A stretch of DNA of 64,000 nucleotides, taken from Candidatus Doudnabacteria bacterium. Lineage in GTDB: Bacteria > Patescibacteriota > Doudnabacteria > UBA920. The DNA is taken from NCBI GenBank assembly GCA_963837465.1, contig CAWINB010000004.1:586853-650852 (forward strand), given 5' to 3'. The notes under the pieces are model-generated. The model was given only the letters and a program-made list of their open reading frames with translations, was not told the origin of the DNA and made no database searches. Position 1 is the stretch's first letter; each line of letters begins with the position of its first letter. Position numbers and translations under genes: made by a program. Positions 35,909 to 44,531 of the stretch are shown here, one piece after another.

Positions 35909-37171
35909 ATGAAAATTTTTTGGCAAAAGCATAGAACCCAAATTCTTATTTTCCTTGCCGTCGTCGGCCCGGGACTGATTACCGCTATGGCCGATAACGA
36001 CGCCGGAGGCGTGGCCACTTACAGCGTGGCCGCCGCGCTTTACGGTATGAGTTCCCAGTATTTTGTGCTCCTGACCACCATACTTTTGGGCGTAACCCAG
36101 GAAATCGGCGCGCGGATTGCCATTGTCACTGGCAGCGGCCTTGGGGATTTAATCCGCGAGCATTACGGCGTAAAGACCGCGGTGATTTTGTTCTTTTTTT
36201 ATTTTATTGTCAATCAGGGCGTGGTTTTGCAGGATGTTACCGGGCTGAAATCATCCATCCAGCTGTTTGGCTTGCCCTGGCAGCCTATTTTAATTCTATG
36301 CTGCGCGGCTCTGGTTTTTTTGGTCATTTTTTTAAACTATAAAAGTCTCCAGCGGATTTTTTTGGCCACCATCCTGTTTTACGCCACTTATATTTTTTCC
36401 GCTTTTCTTTCGCACCCCAACTGGAAACAGGCCATAAACCAGAGTCTGTTTTTGCCGCAAAAAGCCTACCTGACGGATTTGCATTTCTGGTTTACGCTTA
36501 TAGCGGTTTTGGGAACTACGGTAACGGCCTGGGGCCAGTTTTTTGTCCACAGTTATATCGCGGACAAGGGCCTAAAAGTTTCCGAGCTCAAACAGGAGCA
36601 GGCGGAAGTTTATTTTGGTTCTTTTTTGACCAACTTTTTTTCCTGGATGATAGCCATTGCCGTAACCTACACTATTTTTATCCACGGCATCCATATAACC
36701 GACGCGCGAACCGCGGCTTTGGCCATAAAGCCTTTGGCCGGCAATTTGTCTTACGGCTTGTTCGCGGTCGGGCTTTTGGCCGCTTCGTTTTTAGGCCTAA
36801 CGATTGTGCCGCTGGCCACCGCCTATGTGTTTACGGAATTTTTCGGCTACGAAAGGACTTTAAACGCGAGTTTTTTAAAAGGCAGGGTTTTTTATTCGTT
36901 TTTTATAATCCAAATTTTAATCGGCCTTTTGGTTGCGCTGTTCCCCAAAATTAATTTGTTCGGCCTGACTTTGTACGCCGATTACCTAAACGGCGCGCTG
37001 CTGCCGGTAATTTTTTACTTCCTAATCCGCTTTTCCGAAGACAAACTGATTATGGGTGAAAAATACGTCTCAAAAGGCTTTTCCAGCTGGTTTTTAAAAC
37101 TCTCGGCCGTAGTTATAACCATAGCGGTAATTGCTACGTTTGTGGGAGGGTTTGTGTTGCATTTAAGTTAA
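35909..37171 (+). CDS. NRAMP (SLC11)-family divalent metal transporter, divergent metal-site motifs
   Basis: 11 TM; helix-1 region GPGLITAMADNDAGGVATYS in place of canonical DPGN. Confidence 0.75.
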   Translation: MKIFWQKHRTQILIFLAVVGPGLITAMADNDAGGVATYSVAAALYGMSSQYFVLLTTILLGVTQEIGARIAIVTGSGLGDLIREHYGVKTAVILFFFYFIVNQGVVLQDVTGLKSSIQLFGLPWQPILILCCAALVFLVIFLNYKSLQRIFLATILFYATYIFSAFLSHPNWKQAINQSLFLPQKAYLTDLHFWFTLIAVLGTTVTAWGQFFVHSYIADKGLKVSELKQEQAEVYFGSFLTNFFSWMIAIAVTYTIFIHGIHITDARTAALAIKPLAGNLSYGLFAVGLLAASFLGLTIVPLATAYVFTEFFGYERTLNASFLKGRVFYSFFIIQILIGLLVALFPKINLFGLTLYADYLNGALLPVIFYFLIRFSEDKLIMGEKYVSKGFSSWFLKLSAVVITIAVIATFVGGFVLHLS

Positions 37172-37243
37172 TAAGTATAGAAGTATAGAAGGATGTAGGT
37201 ATTGCCGACATATTCAAATCCTTCCATCCCTAAATCGTCCAAG

Positions 37244-39076
37244 ATGTTCCCCTACCTAAAATTCCTATCCAAATACTGGCAGGGTGAGCGCGGCAAGATC
37301 GCGCTGATTTTTATTTTTGTGATTATCAGCCAGTCGCTGTCTTTGCTGGAGCCGTTTTTCTTTGCCACAATAATCAGCAAATATTTGGGGATGCCGCAAA
37401 GCTTTGCCAATTCAGGCGTATTTTTTCATAGTTTAACCAAAATTGTTCTGGTCTGGGTGGCGGTGGCTTTTGGCGCGCGGACTTTTAAGAATTTGCAGAC
37501 TTATTACGTCAACACCGTGGCCGACAGGATTGGCATAAGGGTGCTGGAAAACGCCTACAACCACGTTTTGGCTTTGCCGATGTCTTACCACAGCCAGCAA
37601 AAGGGCGGCGAACTTTTCCGCAAACTAAGCAAAGCGCGGGACGACGTGACCACGCTGTTTATGACTTTGTTTGACAAGGTTTTCCAAAACGGCTTTTCCA
37701 TTTTGGTGGTATTCATTATCGTTTTTTGGAAAGCCTGGAGGATTGGCATTGTGCTGTTCGGTTTTATCCCGCTGTTCTTTTTTGTCAGCTGGCTGTTTAC
37801 CAGGAAGATTAAAAAGACCCAGGTGGAAATTAATAAAATCAACGAAAATCTTTTCGGCTCCAGTTTTGAGGCCATCACCCACGTGGAACTGGTTAAGGCT
37901 TTTTCTTCCGAGGAAAAAGAAAAAGAAAATTTGCAGCACGACAACCAGCTGCAGCATGCGCGCTTAAAGAAAAAAACCATGGCTTACCAGGGGCTTGGGT
38001 TCGCGCAGGGGACCGTGGTAAATTTGGCTCGCGTGGTTTTGCTGTGGTGGGGCGCGGTGCTGGCTTACCGCAACCTGCTTTCTTTTGCCAATGTTATTTT
38101 GTTTAATTTTTACTCCTTCGCGGTTTACCAGCCGCTTTACGATTTGGGGGATATTTATACCAAGTACACAGAAGGCATTGCCGCTGTTGACCGTTTGCAG
38201 AGCGTTTTGGATGAGCCGATAACCATTAAAAATTCCCCGGGCGCTGTAATGGTGGAAAAATTAAAAGGCAAAGTGGAGTTTAGGAATGTCAGTTTTGATT
38301 ACGGGGCGCTTGTGGGAGAGGCTGACAGATCTCTTGTTTTGCCTCAAGGAGAAAGGCCGCGGCAAATTTTAAACAACGTTTCCTTTATCGTCGAGCCTGG
38401 AAAAAAACTGGCGCTGGTCGGGCAAACCGGCAGCGGCAAGTCCACCATTGTTAAACTGTTGTTGAGGTTTTACGAGCCTACGGCCGGGGAAATATTGATT
38501 GATGACAGGCCGATTCACAGCTATGATATGGAAAGCCTGCGCCGACGGATTGGCCTTGTTCTGCAGGATAACGTCTTATTTAACAGCAGTATCGCGGAAA
38601 ATATCCGCTATGGCACATTTGAGGCGCCGGAAAAAATGGTGGAGGACGCGGCTCAGCGCGCCAGTTTGCAGCCGTTTTTGGCTAAGCTATCGGACGGCCT
38701 GTTTACTAAAGTCGGCGAGCGTGGTTTAATGGTTTCAGGCGGGGAGAAGCAGCGCATTGCCATTGCCCGTTCCATAATCAAGCATCCGGATATTTTAATT
38801 TTTGACGAGGCAACTTCGGCCTTAGACAGCCATACCGAAGAAGCCATCCGTAAATCCATCCTGGAGGTTTCCAAAGGCGTAACCTCCATAACCGTAGCTC
38901 ACCGTTTTGCCACAGTAGTGGACAGCGACGAAATCATCCTCCTGGTTAACGGCTCCATCTACGAACGCGGCACCCACTCCCAACTGCTTACCAAAAAAGG
39001 CGAATACGCCAGAATTTACAACCTCCAAACCCAGCGCCGCCAGGCCGCGCAGGAACTTTCCGAGGAGTTTGAGTAA
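37244..39076 (+). CDS. ABC exporter, fused permease/ATPase (MsbA-like)
   Basis: 6 TM then Walker A GQTGSGKST, signature VSGGEKQR, Walker B ILIFDEATSALD. Confidence 0.85.
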   Translation: MFPYLKFLSKYWQGERGKIALIFIFVIISQSLSLLEPFFFATIISKYLGMPQSFANSGVFFHSLTKIVLVWVAVAFGARTFKNLQTYYVNTVADRIGIRVLENAYNHVLALPMSYHSQQKGGELFRKLSKARDDVTTLFMTLFDKVFQNGFSILVVFIIVFWKAWRIGIVLFGFIPLFFFVSWLFTRKIKKTQVEINKINENLFGSSFEAITHVELVKAFSSEEKEKENLQHDNQLQHARLKKKTMAYQGLGFAQGTVVNLARVVLLWWGAVLAYRNLLSFANVILFNFYSFAVYQPLYDLGDIYTKYTEGIAAVDRLQSVLDEPITIKNSPGAVMVEKLKGKVEFRNVSFDYGALVGEADRSLVLPQGERPRQILNNVSFIVEPGKKLALVGQTGSGKSTIVKLLLRFYEPTAGEILIDDRPIHSYDMESLRRRIGLVLQDNVLFNSSIAENIRYGTFEAPEKMVEDAAQRASLQPFLAKLSDGLFTKVGERGLMVSGGEKQRIAIARSIIKHPDILIFDEATSALDSHTEEAIRKSILEVSKGVTSITVAHRFATVVDSDEIILLVNGSIYERGTHSQLLTKKGEYARIYNLQTQRRQAAQELSEEFE

Positions 39077-39098
39077 CATCTTAAAAGGATAACCTGAT

Positions 39099-39863
39099 AT
39101 GCCAGAATTTTCAACCAACCAGATAGAGGGCCAGTCTGTTAACCCTTATCGAAGAGAGAAGCATGAAGTATTGCCAGAAATCAAAGAAAAAGCATTGGCA
39201 GAATATAAGAAAAAAAAGAATTCGCTGATTATTGCTGCGATTAAGAAACACATTGAAGCTGTTTCTTCTCGCGCTATAAGAGTTGGGAGCGCCGTTTTGG
39301 CTTACAACTCCAGGATGAAAGATGGTTACGATGTCCGAGCGGATCATAATTTTAAGCCCTGGAAACACCATCAGCAGCAATGGGATAAATTGTGTGCCGA
39401 AAACAACGCCTGTTCAATGGCTATTGTCAACGGAGCCGATTATATTTCGGCTATTGTGGTGACCAGTCACCATAAAGAGGTTGGGAAAGAGACGGAAGAT
39501 GCTACTCATAGCGACAAAGCCCTGCATTCCTGTCTTAACTGCCGAAACCTTTATAGGGAGCTTATTGAGCAAGGTATAATGAGCGATGAAACTGTTGTTT
39601 TATTCGTGGACGATGGTCCCTTGTTATATGAAGATGCTCAAGACACGGATCCGTTTATTGTAGACACTTTTTCAGGGCCGGTTAAAGTAAACCACCCACG
39701 GCTTAAATTATTAAAGAGAGAAATTACAGAAAATGATGTTACCGATTTACCCCAGGAAGAAATGACAATGAAGAAATTTTTGAACTTAGAAATATATCAA
39801 ACTGACCCCAAATCCGAGCCGGGAAAAACACCCCCTCCGTATTATCACGTTTTGCCCGGATAG
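39099..39863 (+). CDS. hypothetical protein with cytidine-deaminase-like zinc-binding fold (CAE ... SCxxC)
   Basis: CAENNACSMAIVNGADYISAIVV ... HSCLNCRNLYRELIEQG...VVLFV parallels CDA/blasticidin-S deaminase CAE...PCGxCRQ. Confidence 0.45.
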   Translation: MPEFSTNQIEGQSVNPYRREKHEVLPEIKEKALAEYKKKKNSLIIAAIKKHIEAVSSRAIRVGSAVLAYNSRMKDGYDVRADHNFKPWKHHQQQWDKLCAENNACSMAIVNGADYISAIVVTSHHKEVGKETEDATHSDKALHSCLNCRNLYRELIEQGIMSDETVVLFVDDGPLLYEDAQDTDPFIVDTFSGPVKVNHPRLKLLKREITENDVTDLPQEEMTMKKFLNLEIYQTDPKSEPGKTPPPYYHVLPG

Positions 39864-39866
39864 TTT

Positions 39867-40541
39867 TTACCCCAACAAGCTCCTCAAGTTTTCAATTATC
39901 TCCTCCGTGACTTCCCATTCGTAAATATCGGCGTTGGCTACGTCTTTGCCCAGGTCTTGGTGGTCGCGGTAGACGCGGGGGATTTCGGGGAAGTGGAACA
40001 GGAGCAGGCGGATAATGCCGTCGTGGGTGACTATGCCTATATTTTTGTCCCGGTAGTTTTGGGCAATGTCCAAAATGGCGCCTATGGCCCGTTTCCTTAC
40101 ATCCGCCACGTTCTCAGCCCCGAACGGACGGTAGTCGTAGGTCTGCATTTGCTCTTTTTCATCGCCGTCCGGAACGAGCTTGATAAATTCTTCCTGCGAT
40201 TTGCCGGTTAAGGAGCCAAAGTCCCGCTCGCGCAGGCGCGAATCGTGAATGATGGGAATTGCCTTGGGCAAGTGGGCGCCAATTAAAACCGCGGTTTCCT
40301 CGGCCCGGTGCAGATACGAAGTAAATAAAATATCCAAATTCAGCAAGCTGATGAATTCGGATATTTTTTCTATCTGCAAAACTCCCTGGCCGTCCAGGTA
40401 ATCGTCAATTTGTATGCCTTGGTGGATATGCTGCTTATTACTGGGGGTTTGCCCGTGGCGGATAAAATAAAGCGTGGTTGGATTTTGATTTGCGCGCTTT
40501 AATTTTATTCCTGATGGTTCGTTCCGCGGTGCGTTATTCAT
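39867..40541 (-). CDS. histidine phosphatase family protein (phosphoglycerate-mutase-like)
   Basis: LYFIRHGQT RHG catalytic motif, second His in VTHDGII. Confidence 0.75.
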   Translation of the reverse strand: MNNAPRNEPSGIKLKRANQNPTTLYFIRHGQTPSNKQHIHQGIQIDDYLDGQGVLQIEKISEFISLLNLDILFTSYLHRAEETAVLIGAHLPKAIPIIHDSRLRERDFGSLTGKSQEEFIKLVPDGDEKEQMQTYDYRPFGAENVADVRKRAIGAILDIAQNYRDKNIGIVTHDGIIRLLLFHFPEIPRVYRDHQDLGKDVANADIYEWEVTEEIIENLRSLLG

Positions 40542-40607
40542 ATTTTAAATAGCGGCAATCGTCCGCAAAATGAACGTTAAAATTATGGCGCGGGAGCCGT
40601 TATAAAA

Positions 40608-40988
40608 TTATTTCGCGGCCCTTTTTTTGGCCGGCCCTTTTTTTGGCGCCACGACTTCGGCCGCGTGTTTGGCAATGCTTTCCCAGTGCTGTTTCAGCTC
40701 GGCGCCAAAAGCCATTACCTCTTTGGGGTCAATATTTTTGGCCTGCTTGTATTTGGCCATCACCTCTTTGGCCGCCTGCTGGTAAGCTTTTTCGCTAAAA
40801 TTTTTCATATCCTGAATTTTGGCCACCATATCTTTTTTGGCGCTTTCCGTCCAGGCTCTGGCCTTTTTGAGGTTTTTTTTGCCTTCGGCGCTTGAAAAAT
40901 AATAAGTCGCCGCCGCCGCGGCCGCCAATGCCGCTACACCCAAACCCCGCGTTATTTTGGTGGATGCTGATGATGTTTTTTTCCGCAT
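40608..40988 (-). CDS. hypothetical Lys/Ala-rich helical protein
   Basis: ORF; stress-protein-like low complexity. Confidence 0.45.
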   Translation of the reverse strand: MRKKTSSASTKITRGLGVAALAAAAAATYYFSSAEGKKNLKKARAWTESAKKDMVAKIQDMKNFSEKAYQQAAKEVMAKYKQAKNIDPKEVMAFGAELKQHWESIAKHAAEVVAPKKGPAKKRAAK

Positions 40989-41079
40989 ATAAGTTCTCCT
41001 TAAATTTAGTTGATATTAACCGGCTTTTTGAAGCGAATACCTTTTAATTAATATTTTTTTAATAAATGGCAAGTCAAAA

Positions 41080-41361
41080 TTATTTCTTTTCTTTTTTACG
41101 CGAGGAGTTAAAAAAGCTCCAGAAAAATTTAAATTTCGCCCCTTTGTCTTTAATGTTGGTACGCAACTCGGACAAATCCTGGGATATCAAATCGGCCTCA
41201 TTTTTGGCTTTTTTGGAAATATACCTAATATCCCGCGAGATTTTAATAATGTAGACAATAAGTATTGCCAGCAAAAGAGTCAGGACAATTACCGCTATGG
41301 TGGTGACAAAAAAGAATACATCTTGCTTGTAGAATGGATCCATATATCTATTATACCACAC
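41080..41361 (-). CDS. small membrane protein (DUF948/YtxG-like)
   Basis: one TM helix then charged helix. Confidence 0.45.
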   Translation of the reverse strand: MWYNRYMDPFYKQDVFFFVTTIAVIVLTLLLAILIVYIIKISRDIRYISKKAKNEADLISQDLSELRTNIKDKGAKFKFFWSFFNSSRKKEKK

Positions 41362-41366
41362 AATAA

Positions 41367-41921
41367 TTAAATCTGCGGCGCGTTTTTGTACCTACTGAAC
41401 AATTCCTCCAAAATACCCTGGTATTGCTGCCGGGTATTTTGGTCGTAGCCGACTTCCAAAACTTCGTCGTTTAAATTGGTGGCGCTGGAAGTCCAGTTGT
41501 AGCTGCCGCTTAAATATTGCTTGTCCGTGACCAGCGCCTTCATATGCATAATTCCCTGGCTGTCCTGTTCGTATACCGGAATGCCAGCTTTGCGCAAAGC
41601 GTTGATAAGATCCTTTTGCCCGGCCGCCGACTCATACTGGTCGCGGTCGGTAATGCCAACTACGGTTAACCCGCGGTACTTGGCGGCCAGCAAAGCGTCT
41701 TCTATATCTTTGCGGGTAAAAGTATAAACCGCGAAATAAACGAACTTGTCGGCGTTTTCCACGGCGCCGATAACTTCCTCGTTCAGCGGATGGTCTTGGT
41801 TATAGTACACTTTAACCTGGCTTCGCGGTTGATAACGGTAGGAATAGTAAAATTGGGCTGATAAGCCGAGCAGCAAAATAATTACGCCTGTGTAAATCAG
41901 TTCTTTTTTGTTTTTCATCAT
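41367..41921 (-). CDS. secreted/membrane-anchored PLD-family (HKD) Nuc-like endonuclease
   Basis: N-terminal TM/signal, single HKD motif GIMHMKALVTD...SGSYNWT; ATG pair at 41921 preferred to TTG at 41972. Confidence 0.7.
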   Translation of the reverse strand: MMKNKKELIYTGVIILLLGLSAQFYYSYRYQPRSQVKVYYNQDHPLNEEVIGAVENADKFVYFAVYTFTRKDIEDALLAAKYRGLTVVGITDRDQYESAAGQKDLINALRKAGIPVYEQDSQGIMHMKALVTDKQYLSGSYNWTSSATNLNDEVLEVGYDQNTRQQYQGILEELFSRYKNAPQI

Positions 41922-41971
41922 CGTTTTGATATTCAAATATTTGATGGATATTTCGAGCTGCCAATTTCCCA

Positions 41972-42131
41972 AGAGCCTGTTTAAAAATTCATTTTGGCCG
42001 CAATTTCAGGAATCCGGCCGCGAAAGCTTCATAAAAATTCACCGATACTTTGGCATCGCTTCATTTTCCTTCAGCTTTTTCGCTCGGATTCCTGAAATTT
42101 CGCTTCAAAAGCAATTTATTAAACAGGCTCT
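41972..42131. repeat. ~160-bp long imperfect inverted repeat (nested arms AGAGCCTGTTTAA and ATTTCAGGAATCCG with their complements)
   Basis: left arm 41972-42031 is ~75% identical to the reverse complement of the right arm 42061-42131. Confidence 0.6.
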
Positions 42132-42564
42132 AATACCCCAATTTCCTAATGTCCTTCATATCTTCCCTCTTCTTTATGTAATCCCGTTTGTCCGTCTTCT
42201 TCCGCGCTTTGCCCAACCCAACCCTGATTTTTAAAAGTCCGCGCGCGCCCTGGAAAATTTCCAGCGGGATAATTGTTAATCCTTTTTCCTTGCCCAGCAG
42301 CTGGTTTATTTCGTTTTTATTCAAAAGCAGGCGGCGGCTTTGGGTGGGTTCGTATTTTTCCTGGCGCGCGTATTTGTAAGGGCCGATGTGGCAGTTAATC
42401 AAACTGGCGCCGCCGGTGTTAACGCTTACGTAAGCGCCGGCCAGCGAAACATTGCCGCCCTTTACGCTTTTGACCTCCGGTCCGCTCAATACCAAACCCG
42501 CCACGAAACTGCTTTTAATATCGTAGTCAAATCCCGCTCTTCTGTTTTCCGCCAAAATTTTCAT
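42130..42564 (-). CDS. smpB: SsrA-binding protein
   Basis: typical SmpB sequence incl. C-terminal basic tail. Confidence 0.9.
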   Translation of the reverse strand: MKILAENRRAGFDYDIKSSFVAGLVLSGPEVKSVKGGNVSLAGAYVSVNTGGASLINCHIGPYKYARQEKYEPTQSRRLLLNKNEINQLLGKEKGLTIIPLEIFQGARGLLKIRVGLGKARKKTDKRDYIKKREDMKDIRKLGY

Positions 42565-42704
42565 AATTTTATCCCTTACTCCTCTTATTCTAGCACTTTT
42601 TTAAACATAAGTCAGGACTCGCTTATCGGATTATTTAATTTGCCGCGTATTTTTCAATGAAACATTAGGCGATGGCTATTTTTATGTTACAATAAACACA
42701 GCTT

Positions 42705-44471
42705 ATGAATAGTGAAACAATGACAATCCATCCTAAAAAATATCTTTACCGGATGCTTTCCGATGTCGCCGGATTATTGTACTCGGAGCAAAAAACGCGA
42801 GTTCTGCCTGCCGTAGAAATCAGCGTGCCGGAAAGCAGGTTTGGGGATTATTCCAGCAATTTAGCCTTGCGTCTGGCCCGGAGCATGAAGCTTAACCCCA
42901 AAGATGTGGCGGAAAAATTGGCCTCGCGCCTTAAGGAACTGGATACGCGCGGGATCTTTGAATCCGTAGAACCTGTCGGCGGTTTTTTGAATTTTAAATT
43001 GTCGGCCGATTGTCTGCTGCAAAATCTGGAAACAATTTTACGGCAGGGAGATTTGTACGGATGTTCTTTGGAGGGCGAAGGCAAAACTGTTGTTGTGGAA
43101 TATTTCCAGAATAACGTGGCCAAGCCGCCGCACGTGGGGCATTTGCGCTCGGCCGTGATAGGCGATTGTTTATTGCGCGTTTTAAAATCACAAGGCTACA
43201 AAACCGTGAGCGACACCCATATTGGCGACTGGGGCGTGCAGTTCGGGATTTTAATTTACGCTTTTAAAACTTTTGGCGACCGCGCGGTGGTGGAAAAGGA
43301 TCCCATTAACCAACTTAATAAATTATATGTGGAAATGTCGGCAAAAATAGAGGCCGATGCGTCTTTAAGGGATAAAGGCAAAGAAGAATTTATCAAGCTG
43401 GAAAAAGGCGATACGGAAAATCGGGAATTGTGGCAGTGGTTTGTCAGGGTTTCCCTGGAAGACTTTGAAAAGTACCGGGATCTTTTGGATGTCCAGCCGT
43501 TTGACCACAACCTGGGCGAAAGTTTTTACGAAGACAAAATGCCGGCCGTGCTGGAAGAATTAAAATCCAAAAAATTGGTAATGGTCGGGGAAACAGGGGA
43601 GCAGTATGTAGACCTTGAACAGTATGATTTAGGCCGGTGTATTTTGGTTAAAAGCGATGGCGGCACCACTTACCACCTGCGGGATTTTGCTACTTACATA
43701 TACAGAAAAAAACAATTCAATTTTTACAAGAATATTTATGAAGTCGATAACAGGCAAGCACATCATTTTAAACAACTGTTTAAAACTTTGGAGCTCGCGG
43801 GTTATCCGGCCGAAAGCGACAGTGCGCATGTTGAGCACGGCTTTATGAGTTTGCCTGAGGGCGCTGTTTCCAGCAGAAAAGGCAATACAATCAGTTTACA
43901 AAATTTGCTTTCGGAAGCCGGAGGCCGCGCGCTTAAAATTATAAACGATAAAAACCCGGAACTGGCAAATAAGGAAGCTGTTTCTAAGCTAGTTGCTTTG
44001 GCGGCAATTAAATATTTTGATTTGTCCCACAACCGCAAAACGGAAATTGTTTTTACCTGGGACATCGCGCTAAGCTTCGAAGGCAATACCGGGCCTTATT
44101 TGCAATACACGTACGCAAGAATTCAAGGTATATTAAGAAAGAATGGCAGTGTAGTCAGCCCATTTATGGGCTCAAACAAAACAGCCGATAAATCGGCTAA
44201 CTACAATCCCCACGAAACCGCCGTCCTCCGCAAGCTCGTCCAATTCCCGCAAATTGTTTCCCAAGTTACGGTTGATTTTTTACCCAATCTTTTATGCAAT
44301 TATTTATTTGAACTGTCACAGTCATTTAATAGTTTTTATCAAGAAGTGCCGGTTCTTGCAGAAAAAGACCAAGCATTAAAATCATTCCGCCTAAACCTAA
44401 TCACAGCCGCGGCGCAGGTTATAAGCAACGGTTTATATTTATTGGGCATCGAGGCCCCGGAAGAAATGTAA
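42705..44471 (+). CDS. argS: arginine--tRNA ligase
   Basis: class I HVGH (PHVGHLRS) motif, ArgRS anticodon-binding C-terminal domain. Confidence 0.95.
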   Translation: MNSETMTIHPKKYLYRMLSDVAGLLYSEQKTRVLPAVEISVPESRFGDYSSNLALRLARSMKLNPKDVAEKLASRLKELDTRGIFESVEPVGGFLNFKLSADCLLQNLETILRQGDLYGCSLEGEGKTVVVEYFQNNVAKPPHVGHLRSAVIGDCLLRVLKSQGYKTVSDTHIGDWGVQFGILIYAFKTFGDRAVVEKDPINQLNKLYVEMSAKIEADASLRDKGKEEFIKLEKGDTENRELWQWFVRVSLEDFEKYRDLLDVQPFDHNLGESFYEDKMPAVLEELKSKKLVMVGETGEQYVDLEQYDLGRCILVKSDGGTTYHLRDFATYIYRKKQFNFYKNIYEVDNRQAHHFKQLFKTLELAGYPAESDSAHVEHGFMSLPEGAVSSRKGNTISLQNLLSEAGGRALKIINDKNPELANKEAVSKLVALAAIKYFDLSHNRKTEIVFTWDIALSFEGNTGPYLQYTYARIQGILRKNGSVVSPFMGSNKTADKSANYNPHETAVLRKLVQFPQIVSQVTVDFLPNLLCNYLFELSQSFNSFYQEVPVLAEKDQALKSFRLNLITAAAQVISNGLYLLGIEAPEEM

Positions 44472-44531
44472 TCCACATACGCGCAGATTGAGGCAGGTTG
44501 CGCAAATAAAAAGAATTAAGAATTTACAATT

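Noticed and set aside
41972-42131. tmRNA (ssrA) expected next to smpB
   Set aside because: - No tRNA-like 3' end (GGTTCGA(A/T)TCC...CCACCA-type) or resume-codon/tag reading frame was found in the smpB flanks.
- The inverted repeat there does not resemble tmRNA.
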